Shown here one piece after another: positions 43,305-55,231 of a stretch of DNA of 64,000 nucleotides (positions within the stretch are counted from its first letter, which is position 1; every line of letters starts with the position of its first letter). A program made the position numbers and the translations under genes. The DNA is from Eledone cirrhosa (lineage: Eukaryota): positions 109,182,001 to 109,246,000 of the forward strand of contig OZ024740.1 of NCBI GenBank assembly GCA_964016885.1, read 5' to 3'. The notes beneath the pieces were generated by a model, which was not told the DNA's origin, made no database searches, and saw only the letters and a program-made list of their open reading frames with translations.

Positions 43305-46300
43305 TGCATTTATCTTGCTTTATGTTTATACGAGTTATCACCAAGTCACAACCAGTGACCTCAAGAGACAACAAGGTCCGCCATGTTCAAGAAAGAACAC
43401 ACATATTCACACATGCATCCTTAGTGTTTAGACTTGTGATGTACTTATATTGACAGGATCTTCCTTAGTATATGGGCAGTTCCCATTAGTACTATCTTTT
43501 GTATTTCTCCTATACGCGGGTTTCCTGGGATTTGCGTTAAGTAGTCGTTAGACCCCTTAGGTATCATTCCCAGAGCGCCTACAACCACTGGTATTGTTTT
43601 AGTTCTCAATTTCCACATTTTTCCAATTTCTATCTCCAGGTCCTTATACTTGCTCAATTTTTCAAATGTTTTTATAGATACATTCTTGTCTATTGGAACA
43701 GACATATCAATTAGCAGGCATACCCTCCTTTGAAAGTCCTTCAATATTATATCAGGTCTATTTGCATCTATTTTTCGGTCTGTTTGGATGCTAAAGTTCC
43801 ACAAGATTGAGATGTGATCTTTTTCAAGTATGGGAGGTGGTTGATGCTCCCACCAATTCTTTTGATGGGGCAGGTCAAAATGCTTACACATTATCCAATG
43901 TATGTATTGTGCAGCTCTGTCATGCCTGTTTAGGTATTCGGTTGGAGATATAGGACTGCACATTGAAATTATATGGTCAATGGTCTCTGGTTGTTTTTTG
44001 CATACACGGCATAATGGGCTGCACCCATTTTTTATTATGTTGGCTTGGTAATTTTTTGTTGGCAGACACTGATCTTGTGCGGAGATAATCAGTCCTTCAG
44101 TCTCCGATTTCAGTCCAGAGGATGCCAACCACTGATGGGTTAAAGTTTTGTCAACATCAGGATTGTTAGCTCGCTCTGGGTATTTTCCATACAGAGGCTT
44201 TTCTTGCCATTTCTTAGCCAGTTTCTGTAGCAGTTCTTTCTTTGCAGTTACTTTTACCTGCTTTGCTTTTTCTGTGTTTTCCATTTCAGCAGTAAATGGG
44301 ACTTCTGAAATTTGTAGTCCATTACTGTATCTTTGTGCATCTTTTGTAATGGAATATGATCTTTTGGTGCTTTCGTGTTTCAAAACGAGTTTGATCATCC
44401 AATCATGTGATTCCCTTAGATATGTGGATAATCCAATTGTTGCAGTTTTCAACGCAATGTCTAACTGGATTAACCCACGTCCTCCTTCTTTCCTAGGGAG
44501 ATATATTCTATCTATGTCTGCCTTAGGGTGATGCATTCTGTGCATGGTTAAGAATTTTCGGATTTTTGTATCGAGCCTACGGATCTCTGTGCTTGACCAG
44601 TTGATGACATTGTAACTGTAGGTTACTACTGGTATGGCAAGCGTATTTATGGCATCGATCCTATTCCTTGCATTCAATTCCGTTCTTAAGATTGCTCTGA
44701 CTCTGCGGTAACATTCCTTCCTTATCCTTTCCCTCATTGTCGAGTGCTTGATTCCGTCTCCTTCACAAACACCTAGATATTTGTAAGTTTGTTCTTGATC
44801 AAGCTCTCTTATCACGTTCCCCCGATCAAGATTAATGTCTGAACTCTTCAGCAGCTTTCCTCTGGTGAACGTTGCTTTGGCGCATTTATCCAGTCCAAAC
44901 TCCATTTTAATGTCATCACTGAACTGCTTCACAGTGGATAATAGCCCTTGCAATTGTTCATCATTTTTTGCGAATAGTTTCAGGTCATCCATGTAGAACA
45001 GGTGATTAATGGTTTTGTCATAGACTCTATATCCATGTTTTGTTTCATTGAGCATTTTACTTAATGGTATAAGTGCGATGCAGAATAAAAGCGGTGATAA
45101 AGAGTCACCCTGAAAAATTCCACAATTAATGTTAACTTCTCCAGCTTCCAGTGATTTTGTTTCACTATTCAAAAGGAGTGTCGTTCTCCATGTCCTCATA
45201 CTGAATGACAAAAACCTCCTGACAACGGGGGATATTTTGAAAATCTCTAAACATTTTTCAATCCAACTGTGTGGCAAACTATCAAATGCTTTTTTATAAT
45301 CTATCCAAGCAATCGATAGATTTTTGTGTCTATTATGACAATCTTCCAGTATCATTTTGTTAACCAGAAGCTGATCCTTACAGCCATATGAGCCTCGTTT
45401 ACACCCTTTCTGCTCAATGGGAAATAGGTCATTTGTTATCAGGTGGTCATATGTGTATTCAGTTAGGACTGATGTTAAAATTTTATACATTGTGGTCAAG
45501 CAGGTTATCGGTCTGTAATTTTTGGGATTGTTTGTCTCATCATTCTTCGGTAGCAGGAATGTAATGCCGTTAACTAGCCATGATGGTATCTTTTCTGGCT
45601 CCTTAACTATTTCATTGTAAAGTTGGGCCAACAGCTCATGAGACTCTGTGAAGGCATTTATCCAAAAGTTTTGTATTTTGTCTTTTCCTGGGGATTTCCA
45701 TTTGCTGGTTTTTCTTAGAGCCAAGCGCAGCTGTTCAACTGTTATATTTTCCCATGTTTGTTCTTCAAGGTGAGCTGTTTCTTTCATTTGTCTGTCTATC
45801 CATGGGGCATGTATGTTATGAACTTTTTCTTCGGCCCAGATCTTTTCCCAGAATTCTTGCACTTCCTCCTTGGGTGGTATTGATTTAGCAGTTATTGTTG
45901 ACTTACCAATTTTTCTGTAGAAGTTTCTTTGGTTGTTTTTGAACATATTATTGTCCTTATAGAATCTAGATCGTTTTTCAAAGCGCCTTATACGAGCAGC
46001 TTTGGCCGACACTTTTTGCTTGATTGTTTCTATCAGCATGTCTATGTCACATGTTGATCTTATACTGTACTTTTTTTTCAATTTTCTAAGTTTAGTTTGT
46101 TTAACATGTTCACCTACTTTATAGTTTGTTAAAATTTCTATGTCAGATCGGAGAAGGTTTATTTGGCGATTGATGTTATCTTGCCAAGTAGATTTCTTGT
46201 GGGAATTCCTTTGTTTTTTCATCTTCACTCCACATAAGTGAGTGGTGACTTTAGCCGATGCATAATAGAGATGATTTAAGTCAGTAATGTTTATTTTGTT

Positions 46301-46322
46301 TGTGATGATAATGTTTTTGAGA
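43305..46322 (-). mobile_element. R4/Dong-like family A, 5'-truncated, 3'-intact, between (ATT)n arrays
   Basis: Open frame from the truncation point to the stop at 43445; (AAT)n tail on the sense strand. Confidence 0.93.
43445..46228 (-). CDS. Dong-like RT + CCHC zinc knuckle + REL (PD..D/E) endonuclease, N-terminally truncated
   Basis: NYRPITCL, DYKKAFDS, QGDSLSP, FYMDDLK, CRVC..HIISMC, RHD, NRPDI..DMSVP, KLSKY, PVVVGALG. Confidence 0.9.
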   Translation of the reverse strand: MKMKKQRNSHKKSTWQDNINRQINLLRSDIEILTNYKVGEHVKQTKLRKLKKKYSIRSTCDIDMLIETIKQKVSAKAARIRRFEKRSRFYKDNNMFKNNQRNFYRKIGKSTITAKSIPPKEEVQEFWEKIWAEEKVHNIHAPWIDRQMKETAHLEEQTWENITVEQLRLALRKTSKWKSPGKDKIQNFWINAFTESHELLAQLYNEIVKEPEKIPSWLVNGITFLLPKNDETNNPKNYRPITCLTTMYKILTSVLTEYTYDHLITNDLFPIEQKGCKRGSYGCKDQLLVNKMILEDCHNRHKNLSIAWIDYKKAFDSLPHSWIEKCLEIFKISPVVRRFLSFSMRTWRTTLLLNSETKSLEAGEVNINCGIFQGDSLSPLLFCIALIPLSKMLNETKHGYRVYDKTINHLFYMDDLKLFAKNDEQLQGLLSTVKQFSDDIKMEFGLDKCAKATFTRGKLLKSSDINLDRGNVIRELDQEQTYKYLGVCEGDGIKHSTMRERIRKECYRRVRAILRTELNARNRIDAINTLAIPVVTYSYNVINWSSTEIRRLDTKIRKFLTMHRMHHPKADIDRIYLPRKEGGRGLIQLDIALKTATIGLSTYLRESHDWMIKLVLKHESTKRSYSITKDAQRYSNGLQISEVPFTAEMENTEKAKQVKVTAKKELLQKLAKKWQEKPLYGKYPERANNPDVDKTLTHQWLASSGLKSETEGLIISAQDQCLPTKNYQANIIKNGCSPLCRVCKKQPETIDHIISMCSPISPTEYLNRHDRAAQYIHWIMCKHFDLPHQKNWWEHQPPPILEKDHISILWNFSIQTDRKIDANRPDIILKDFQRRVCLLIDMSVPIDKNVSIKTFEKLSKYKDLEIEIGKMWKLRTKTIPVVVGALGMIPKGSNDYLTQIPGNPRIGEIQKIVLMGTAHILRKILSI

Positions 46323-46406
<84 letters not shown>

Positions 46407-46410
<4 letters not shown>

Positions 46411-46531
46411 CTTACATTAAATTATATTTACACTCCTTATTACTTACATTAAACTGCAACTATGTTGACAATCTTTAAATAATGTCTTCCTTGTGAAATT
46501 TGTGGTCTTGTTTTGCTTAACTAATGAATAT
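46407..46531 (-). repeat. Right 125-bp arm of the long-range inverted repeat, preceded by (ATT)n 46323-46409
   Basis: Reverse complement of 22846-22970. Confidence 0.92.
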
Positions 46532-46709
46532 TTCCAGCTCTGTGCACCTAATCTCTGCATGAACCCAGCCATCTAGCTGCCTTCCACTGCATATTGCACA
46601 TTGCGCACCTGCCTTTACGCTTTTGGCTTCTAACAAATTCACCAATCTCTCTTCTTCTCTCCTATCTCCATCTCTCTCTTTAAGACTGGTTTACTCTTGA
46701 ACTGTGTAT

Positions 46710-46759
<50 letters not shown>

Positions 46760-46761
<2 letters not shown>

Positions 46762-47368
46762 CTAAGGCGGGTAAAATTCCCGAGATCCATGGACGAGTTC
46801 TCTCCAGCGGTCTCTGTCCCCCATTATCGCTGCCATGTCCTGCGTCTCCAACAGACCAGTGTCTGTCCTTAGGGCATCAACATACGTTAACCTTGGTCTT
46901 CCTCTTCTAGTGTGTCCATGTAGGGGCTCCCAAAGGAGCACTGAGTGCAATGTCAACTCTGGATGTTGGTGAGCATGTCCAGCTAACCTCAATCTCCTCT
47001 GTGTCACTTTTGAGCTGACTTTTGGGATGCTCCCATACAGCTCTGAGTTTTTCATCCTCAGTGTATACTGATTAATGTTCAGAGCCATCCTCAGCATTCT
47101 CGTGTAGCACCCATCCACCATCTGAGTGAGTTTCTTGGTCAGTGTCCAAGTCTCAGACCCATACAGCAGCACAGACTCCACTACAGCAATGAAGAGGCGG
47201 ATTTTCAGGTCTCTACGAAGGTCCGACTTCCACACCGATCTCAAGCTGTGGCACGCCGTCCAGGCCTTGCTCTTTCTCTCAACCACATCATCTTCCGTAT
47301 TCCCAATCTTTGCTCCCAAATACAGAAAGCCCTCAACCAATTCTAGCGGCTTCCCGCCTAGGGAATCA

Positions 47369-47370
<2 letters not shown>
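46760..47370 (-). mobile_element. 5'-truncated RTE-clade LINE 3' end in (TA)n
   Basis: Intact frame FLYLGAKI..LLYGSETWTLT..RLRLAGH..GRPRLTY; (TA)n on both sides. Confidence 0.88.
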
Positions 47371-47440
<70 letters not shown>

Positions 47441-48089
47441 TATAGATATGAGAATAAACGTGCTGCGGAGTTGCAAATGGGTTACATATGAATAAAGTGG
47501 TCCTTCATCAGTGATCTTCCAACCATCATCGGTATTTCTTTGCTTTAAAGACCATATACCTCCGGTTGGTGCGAGCAACGGCTAAAGAAAGTCGTTGGGA
47601 CATGTAAATAAAGGGAACAGCGAGAGTGTAAACAAACAAAGATGGTGAAGCAACGAAAAGTGAGGAAGAACGAGTCAAGTCACAAATTTCCATGAATATA
47701 AGTTCGGTGAAATCGTGAACGAGAGAGAATAAAGACCATCAAACCTGGTTGAAATGTGAGCAAGGAAGGAATTTCGCACAGGTCTAACGGGAGGAAGAAG
47801 GGGTCTAGTCCGTGAATTCGGTAAACATAAGTTCTGTGAAATCGTAGACGAGAGAGAGAAAAAATGCCAACCGGCCTGGCCAAGCGTGCGAAAGAAAAGA
47901 ATTACGCACAGGTCAAACGGGAAGAAGGAGGAGGAGGAGAGGTAGTAACAGAGAGTGAGTGAGTGAAGGGCGAGGAAGAGGCTAACAGAGAGAGTGACTG
48001 TTAGAGAGGGTAAAGATACAGAGAAAGAGGAAGCAGTAAGAACGAAATAGACGGGTCACAGCGGGGGGAAAAAATATGTGTAAATATGA

Positions 48090-48136
<47 letters not shown>

Positions 48137-48140
48137 AATG

Positions 48141-48171
<31 letters not shown>

Positions 48172-48194
48172 GTATATATATGTATATGTATGTG

Positions 48195-48234
<40 letters not shown>

Positions 48235-48245
48235 AATGTATATAT

Positions 48246-48279
<34 letters not shown>

Positions 48280-48288
48280 GTATATGTA

Positions 48289-48328
<40 letters not shown>

Positions 48329-48466
48329 AGCAAAAGGGATATTTAATTTGTTGGTAATTCAACAAATATATAAGTTTATAACTGATTTGAAGCACTCGAC
48401 AAGTTTTCTGGAGTATAATATTCAATGATATTAAATAAATGGAAACTATATTTATAAAACTATATT

Positions 48467-48527
48467 TATTCTATTATATATATTTCCAGGGTACCAAAAC
48501 TTTGGTACGCTCTCATCAGATAAAATA
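48467..48527 (-). ncRNA. Minimal type I hammerhead ribozyme (left arm)
   Basis: TATTTTAT-CTGATGA-GAGCGTACCAA..TTGGTACCCTG-GAAA-TATATA-TA-ATAGAATA. Confidence 0.78.
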
Positions 48528-48653
48528 CAAAGTTTGTTTTATAAATGTTGACATATCCAGGAAGAAGATCTTAACGGTTCAAGACTATCCAGGAAAAACT
48601 TGAACCGTTAAGATCTTCTTCTGGATATGTCAATATTTATAAAACAAACTTTG

Positions 48654-48714
48654 TATTTTATCTGATGAGAGCGTACCAAAGTCTTGGCACCCTTGAAATA
48701 TATATAATAGAATA
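48654..48714 (+). ncRNA. Minimal type I hammerhead ribozyme (right arm)
   Basis: TATTTTAT-CTGATGA-GAGCGTACCAA..TTGGCACCCTT-GAAA-TATATA-TA-ATAGAATA. Confidence 0.78.
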
Positions 48715-48754
48715 AATATGGTTTTATAAATATAGTTTCCATTTATTTAATATT

Positions 48755-48805
<51 letters not shown>

Positions 48806-50829
48806 TATTATATATACGACGGGTTTCCGCAGTTTCCTCTACCAAATTTCATTCACTAGGCATTAGTCAACTGGATGATGCAAATGAGCAGGATTGAATC
48901 TAGAACCAACTGGTTGCGAAACGAACTCCTTAACCATACAACCATGCTTATACCTCTATATGTAAGTTTTTCTCAGACCCAGGAACCGGCCCTGAATACA
49001 GGTACAATCCAGTCAGGAAAACAGACGTAGAGATGTTGCTACAGTTCTACGTCTGTTTTTCCTGCTGGAACTTTTGATTTTCTCTTTATTCGTCCATAAA
49101 GCAACTGACAAATAAATATACAATGGCTTTGCCATCTGTAGCAGTAAACTTGCTCTGTTTCTGTCGTAAACAGGAATAAAATTACATAAAATCCACAGTG
49201 AAGCGAGTCGAATGGTATTATGCCCTGTCGTATGATTTAGGGTGGGCGAGTGTGAACTGTATAGAAGACAATGCAGGCTTAGTCATTTTCTTAGTGTGGC
49301 CAGAGCAAGACGGGTCAAAATCTAGGTTTGTCAGCTTGCCACACTCTACATCACGACGAATCTCTCTGAAAATTACGTTAAAGCCCAAACATTTACATAT
49401 TTATTTCACGAGCAGGCTGTTCAATTGATCATTATTACCGAACCACAATCATGCCTATCGTAAACCATTTATTTATTTCTGAATTTAAAAATCTCGTCTC
49501 GTATGACAACTGGCATCTACCAAATGTATTTACTTCCTCGAAATCATTGCTTTAACAATAAAATCACCCCATAAATATAAACGGGTGATTTGAGTGTTTT
49601 ATTGCAGCGATCTTGGTGGTAATCGGGACTTAATATAACTCTCCGAACGTGACATGAATCCGTCAAGGGCACAAAGGAAATTAAGTCCAATTATTAGATG
49701 TAAATTATTTAACTGCTAAGATGACAAATTGTTCCGTTTAAGCTACAATGGTTTTTAATTCAGGCACAAGGTCAGAGTAGTGGATTGGCAGAATTGGTAG
49801 AGCGTCGGATAAAATACCATTGTGTATTTATTCTGGCTCTTAACATTCTGAGTTCAATTCCGTCTTTTAATTGTGTTACTGAACTATAATAAAGTTGCTC
49901 TTTAATTTACGTCATTAATACTCTTTACAAAAAATAGCATGGTTGTCATGCAATCTCCTGCTTCCCCCTCTCTCCCTTTCTGTATCTCTCTGTCTGTCTC
50001 TCTCTCTCTCTTTCTCTTGCCTTCTGTTTTTCTCAGTTTGTCTCTCTACCCCCCCCCCCCCCCTCTCTCTCGCCTAAGAATCTAAAAAGATAAAGTGTTA
50101 GAAATCAAATTTAACTGGTGTTGTGGTGTTCTCGTTGATTTTGCTTTGGGAGAAAGAAGAACGACGGAAGAATCGACGCTTGCGTTTTATCCAATTACAC
50201 TTTTATGAGATTGTTTCTCTCACGTCCTTATCCCCACCTTCTCCTCCACATTGTCTCACAAATCTTGCTTTCCAACTTTCTCACATTTTTCTTATCCTTT
50301 GTAAATCATTTACATATTTTCCTATTATATTTTTTTCTTTTATTTTCCATTTGGTGTTGGTAGGGATAAAACACTCCAGAATTTTGTTTGTTCTTCTTTT
50401 CAACATTGCTAACCTTGAAACCGCCCGCTTTCACGCATCCAGAAAACAAATTCTATCATCACTCTTCGCTTTCTTGGTTAAATGTGTTCGTTCTTTTAAC
50501 AAATTCATAACATAAGATGCTTCCCGTTTTCACTAAAGCGTAAATAATTAAACCATTACTTTCAACCAGAAGGAATAATGCTCTTGTAACTAATTTAATT
50601 ACACAATCAAACAAATGCACGCAGGGTTTATAGTAATTCCTTTATGTGTATATATTTCTGCTAGTAGTTTTCTCCACATCTTCAAACGATCCATTAAAAT
50701 CCGACAATCTTCGGGTATACAAGAAACTCGGTTAACCATCGAAGGTATTTGCAATTTAATTTTGTTTGAAATGTTTACTTTTGGTCCCATTCTTCGGTTT
50801 AACCATTTCATTACCATATTTCTGATGAA

Positions 50830-51447
50830 AGACACTGCCAAGGCATATGGCCGCATTCCTCGGGACCTGTTGTGGAAGGTTCTGCAGGAGTATGAGATAG
50901 ATGGTCAGCTTCTTGCTGCCCTGATCAGACACTCGTCCGCTCAAGGAAGGCTGCGCAGTGCACGCTACATGTGAATGGAGTTCTACTGAAGCAGATAGAG
51001 AAGTTCAAGTTCAAGTGTTCACGAATGACGGAAGGCAGGAGGCTGAAATAAGTGCAAGAATTGCATGAGCTGGTGCAGTAACGCACCAGCTTCTGCATTT
51101 GGTAATCAGAAGAATGAAGGTAGGCGTAAAAGCCAAATTCGCTATCTTCAATTCGGTATTCATGGCAACCATTACCTATGGTCATGAATCTTGGGTAATG
51201 ACCGAAAGAATACGATCGTGAATATAAGCAGCCTAAATGGGGTTCCTCCGAAGGGTCTGTGGAGTAACAATACTCCGAATTGAGAGATCACAGCCCCGAT
51301 ACTATGGGCATGTGGTTATAATGTCTCAAGGAAAAAATCACTGGACAGATTTTATGGGCCAAACCAACCGACAGAAGACCCTGGGGTAAACCTCAAGCAA
51401 GATAATATCCATGAGTTTGGCTGGTCTCGCTTGGGTATCCAGCCAGA
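50830..51447 (+). mobile_element. Degenerate RTE (Expander/Rex3-like) LINE fragment
   Basis: KAYGRIPRDLLWKVLQEY, ITYGHESWVMTERIR, MGFLRRV, GWSRLGI, with stops and deletions. Confidence 0.75.
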
Positions 51448-51560
51448 GAAGAAGAAGAAGAAGAAGAAGAAGAAGAAGAAGAAGAAGAAGAAGAAGAAGA
51501 AGAAGAAGAAGAAGAAGAAGAAGAAGAAGAAGAAGAAGAAGAAGAAGAAGAAGAAGAAGA
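51447..51560. repeat. (GAA)n microsatellite
   Basis: Direct inspection. Confidence 0.95.
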
Positions 51561-51795
51561 CCGCAAAAGAATTTCTGCAGATAATAGCCAGTGACACCCG
51601 CTGCAACGGCCACCCACCTCACGGGGCTCCTTCCTCAGACGTTCCGATCCTTCAGAAAAGCTTGACAGTACGGGGTCCGAGTACGCCTGAGGTCTGGACG
51701 GTGACCGCTGCGAAGAGGAAGCGGCCGGACAATACACGGTATTTTTTTGTCTTCTTTTACTTCTCATTGCGGGCTGCAGTACCGGGAATTGCGGC
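51560..51795 (-). mobile_element. CRE-like REL retrotransposon 3' fragment
   Basis: ..KKY..FLFAAVTVQTSGVLGP..LQRVSLAIICRN, resembling the CRE-clade C-terminal F.P.AVET.G..G / QR.S.AIQRGN motif; homologous to 59380-59560. Confidence 0.65.
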
Positions 51796-52179
51796 GAATT
51801 AACAGAGTCATCCGAACGTCAGGTAGAATGTTTTTTTTCCTCTTCAAGTTCAAAACCTGCTGAGGTCAACTTTGTCTTTCATCCTTACGAGGTCGATAGA
51901 AATGTACCAGTCCAGTACTGGGATAGATTCTTCCTCTATATCGCTTTCTCACTTCCTCTCCACCACCATCTTTCTTTCTTTCTCTGGAAGAAATTAGCTT
52001 TATTCAGACCTGAAGAAGGGATGGGCTCCACCTGGTTTAAAATGCCCAAGGCACGCCGTATGCCACTACAACGCTCCTTCAACTCCATCAGAAGTTATGG
52101 GTTCATGCATCCATCCATACATACATACACATACATGCATACACAATACATACATACATACACACACATACATACACAC

Positions 52180-52253
<74 letters not shown>

Positions 52254-52741
52254 ACATACATACACACACATACATACACACACATACATACATATACACA
52301 CACACATACACATATATATATATATATACAAGATGGCTGCCAACTCTGCTAAGAGTATTGCAATCGCTTGTCAGATTATAGAGTTCAGTGCACTTTTAGG
52401 CTACGGCTAGCTACACGAACATGTAACAGATCCTGAACAAGCAATGCCTGTGCTTTGAAGGTTTTTTTAAGTGGGGAAAGGCTTTGCACTCGACCACTCA
52501 CACTCTCTGAACATCGAAAACACTACCCGGAAAGGAGGACTGGTCAACATCATCAGATGCTTCCGAAGCCGCAGGTTTTTTGTTTTTCAGTTTCCCTCTC
52601 CTAGAAAGGTGTTGTGACAACAACTGGGGGCCTTTCACTCGGTTGTACTGGGTTACATGTTACCAGTAACACCCGAGAGCGACCTGACATACATACGTAC
52701 ATACATACGTACATACATACGTACATACATACGTACATACA

Positions 52742-53352
52742 TGGTGGAATGTTCCAGTAAAATCCCAATAAAATGCAGGCATAACAGACCAGATATTATG
52801 ATATGGGACAGGGAAAAGAAGGCATGCACAGTAGTGGAAGTTAGCTGTCCAGCAGATGCCAATATAATATCAAAGATTAGCGAAAAGGAGAATATTTATG
52901 CAGAACTGATGAGAATTCTGCAGATACTCCACCCTGATTATACCTGCAGATTTATGCCTTTGATTATTGGGGCACTGGGATATGTTAGTAACTGCCTCAA
53001 TACAAATCTTGAGAAGCTGGGCTTCACAAGAACAGAAAGAACACAACTAGTTAGGAAATTACAAGTACAATCCATTAATGGAACAGTAAAAATATGTAAA
53101 ACATTCCAAAAAATTTGCATCTAATAACTGCATATACACATGTACAGATACTAAGCATATACACATGCACACATACAACTCAAAACATACACATCCACAC
53201 ATACAATAACATCAATATCTACACATGCATGCAGACATGCAGACATATCTACCTAGTTGATGTTGTGTAAATTCCAATGAGAGAGTCTTGTGTCTATGTT
53301 AGAAACCGACTCTCTCTCTATTGGTAAAAATTTGTGAAATTATAAAACCAGA
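52742..53352 (+). mobile_element. R4/Dong-like family C, 3' fragment
   Basis: Near-identical to 10225-10832; (CATA/CGTA)n upstream and CATACATA downstream. Confidence 0.92.
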
Positions 53353-53984
53353 ACATACATACGTATATACATACGGTCAAACATCCGTGCACACATACTA
53401 CGCACCTACCTACCTACCTACCTACCTACCTACCTACCTACCTACCTACATACATACATACAGACAGACAGACAGACACACACACACATACATACATACA
53501 TACATACATACATACATACATACATACATACATACATACATACATACATACATACATACACTCACACACATACATACATACATAGATTCTGTCTCAGAAA
53601 TCTGGGATTTAGTGGTAATCCTGTACTCAATAGTCACTCGCAGTGTTTAATCTCGTAAAGTGATATCTTCAATGCAAAGTTGAGAGTTTATTTATGTTGC
53701 TAGTCAACTTAGAGAGGAGCTTTATCGTTCTTGGTCGAGATTAAAGACGTTAGATACATGTTTTTCACGTTTATCGCCATACAGGATTGTTATCACTGTT
53801 ATCTTAAACAACGAGCATAACGTGTTAACATAACATAATTTAATTTAAAATTCTAGATTCCTTTTCCATTCGGTGGAAATCTTTACTAGGACTCCTTGCC
53901 TACAAATAACACGGTGGTAAAGAAAGGAGATAAGCAGCCATATTTCTCTGTCCTTTACAAAACATGAATGCATTCTGATAGAAC

Positions 53985-54502
53985 ATAGGAGGGTGGGCTG
54001 AAAAGTTCATAAGCAGAAACATTCATCCGCTGAGCAAGAAACTCTCATGGAATGACCAAATGAGGTTTATTTTTCTACATAGTCCCTGGAAAGAAACAAT
54101 GCATTTATTAATCTTCCCGTATGTAGGTTTTGTTAACACACTGTTGATAACTTTCCCCCAGGAAAGCCAAATATTTATTGTTAGATAAATGAAGGCAATT
54201 GTAGAAGTGTCTTGCTAGGAGAGAAAAGTTCATAGGTTGACCAAGATACTCTCATGGAATGACCAAATGATGTTTATTTTTCAATATAGTCCCCGTAAAG
54301 AAACAATGCAGTTATTAATTAGAATAGTTGAAATGAATACATGTAAGATTTCACATCTCTAGCATTACTCATTCCTAGTTAGCCTATAAACTTTTCAGCC
54401 CACCACGTATGTTCACACCTACGGTTTTCTGGAGTTTATTAAACGATGTATCTGGTTCCATCTCCTCTTTATTTTCTTACTGTTATTTGCTTTTAATTAA
54501 TA
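53985..54502 (-). mobile_element. Mariner-derived MITE copies plus shared flank
   Basis: GGCTGAAAAGTTCATA TIRs; 54225-54502 is the reverse complement of 5575-5850. Confidence 0.7.
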
Positions 54503-54892
54503 CTAGCAGAAAAACCACCCTTCGGATGGTTGTCTGCTAGTATGTGTAATGTGTATATTGATATTATACGCAAGTTTATATGCATGTAGATATGATACAT
54601 CAAATAAAATCGTAATTGACAATATACACAGAAATTGAACGAAGACTGCGTTACACTGTCTTATGTAATCAGTAACGTAATCAATGATACATTAAAAAAA
54701 TACGATATTATATATAAACTGCATTAGGAGAAAATTAGTGACGGAAATATATGAATGTTTATTTAAACGATCGCTAACCGGAAGTGTTGACATTTGAAAA
54801 TTTTAAAGAAATGAATCTTTAAATAAGTAATAAAATATATTTAATGAACAGCCACGCAATTTAGTAGATAAATTATGTAATATTCATTCATT

Positions 54893-55078
54893 GGTAGATT
54901 GGCAGTATCGGTAGAGGGTCGGACGCCATGCTTTCCGGCATAGCTACGTCCCTTTACGATCTGAGTTCAAATCCCGCCGAGGTTGACTTTGCCTTTCATC
55001 CTTACGGGGTCGATAAAATAAAGTACCAGTAATGCACTGGGTAATTGCTGGCCTTGTGCCTAAAGTAGAAACAATTAT
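54893..55078 (+). mobile_element. tRNA-derived SINE family 1 (Octopus-type)
   Basis: TGGCAG.ATCGGTAGAG A-box region, GAGTTCAAATCCC B-box, conserved tail. Other copies at 49785-49862, 51790-51925, 56198-56345(-), 56455-56700 and 59130-59350; related tails at 18075-18235 and 21940-22085(-). Confidence 0.8.
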
Positions 55079-55199
55079 TTATTCAAAATAATCCAACTTA
55101 TTTTACTAAGAAGATAAAAAATTATAAACCGTACGCAGTCCCACGCTTCTTACTTTATTATAGCTTAGATGTACACTACACTTTACACATACACGCATG

Positions 55200-55231
<32 letters not shown>

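Larger units (their letters stand above)
48423..48758. mobile_element. ~335-bp fold-back element with a hammerhead in each arm
   Basis: ~160-bp near-perfect arms around a ~15-bp spacer; (TA)n flanks. Confidence 0.85.

Noticed and set aside
22846-46531. Giant DNA transposon (Polinton/Teratorn-like) defined by the 125-bp inverted repeats
   Set aside because: No transposase, integrase, polymerase or capsid ORF and no evident TSD; the interior is wholly non-LTR elements and microsatellite.
50123-50856. ORFs in the unique region near 50.1-50.8 kb as host exons
   Set aside because: No recognisable domain or convincing splice pair; composition looks non-coding.
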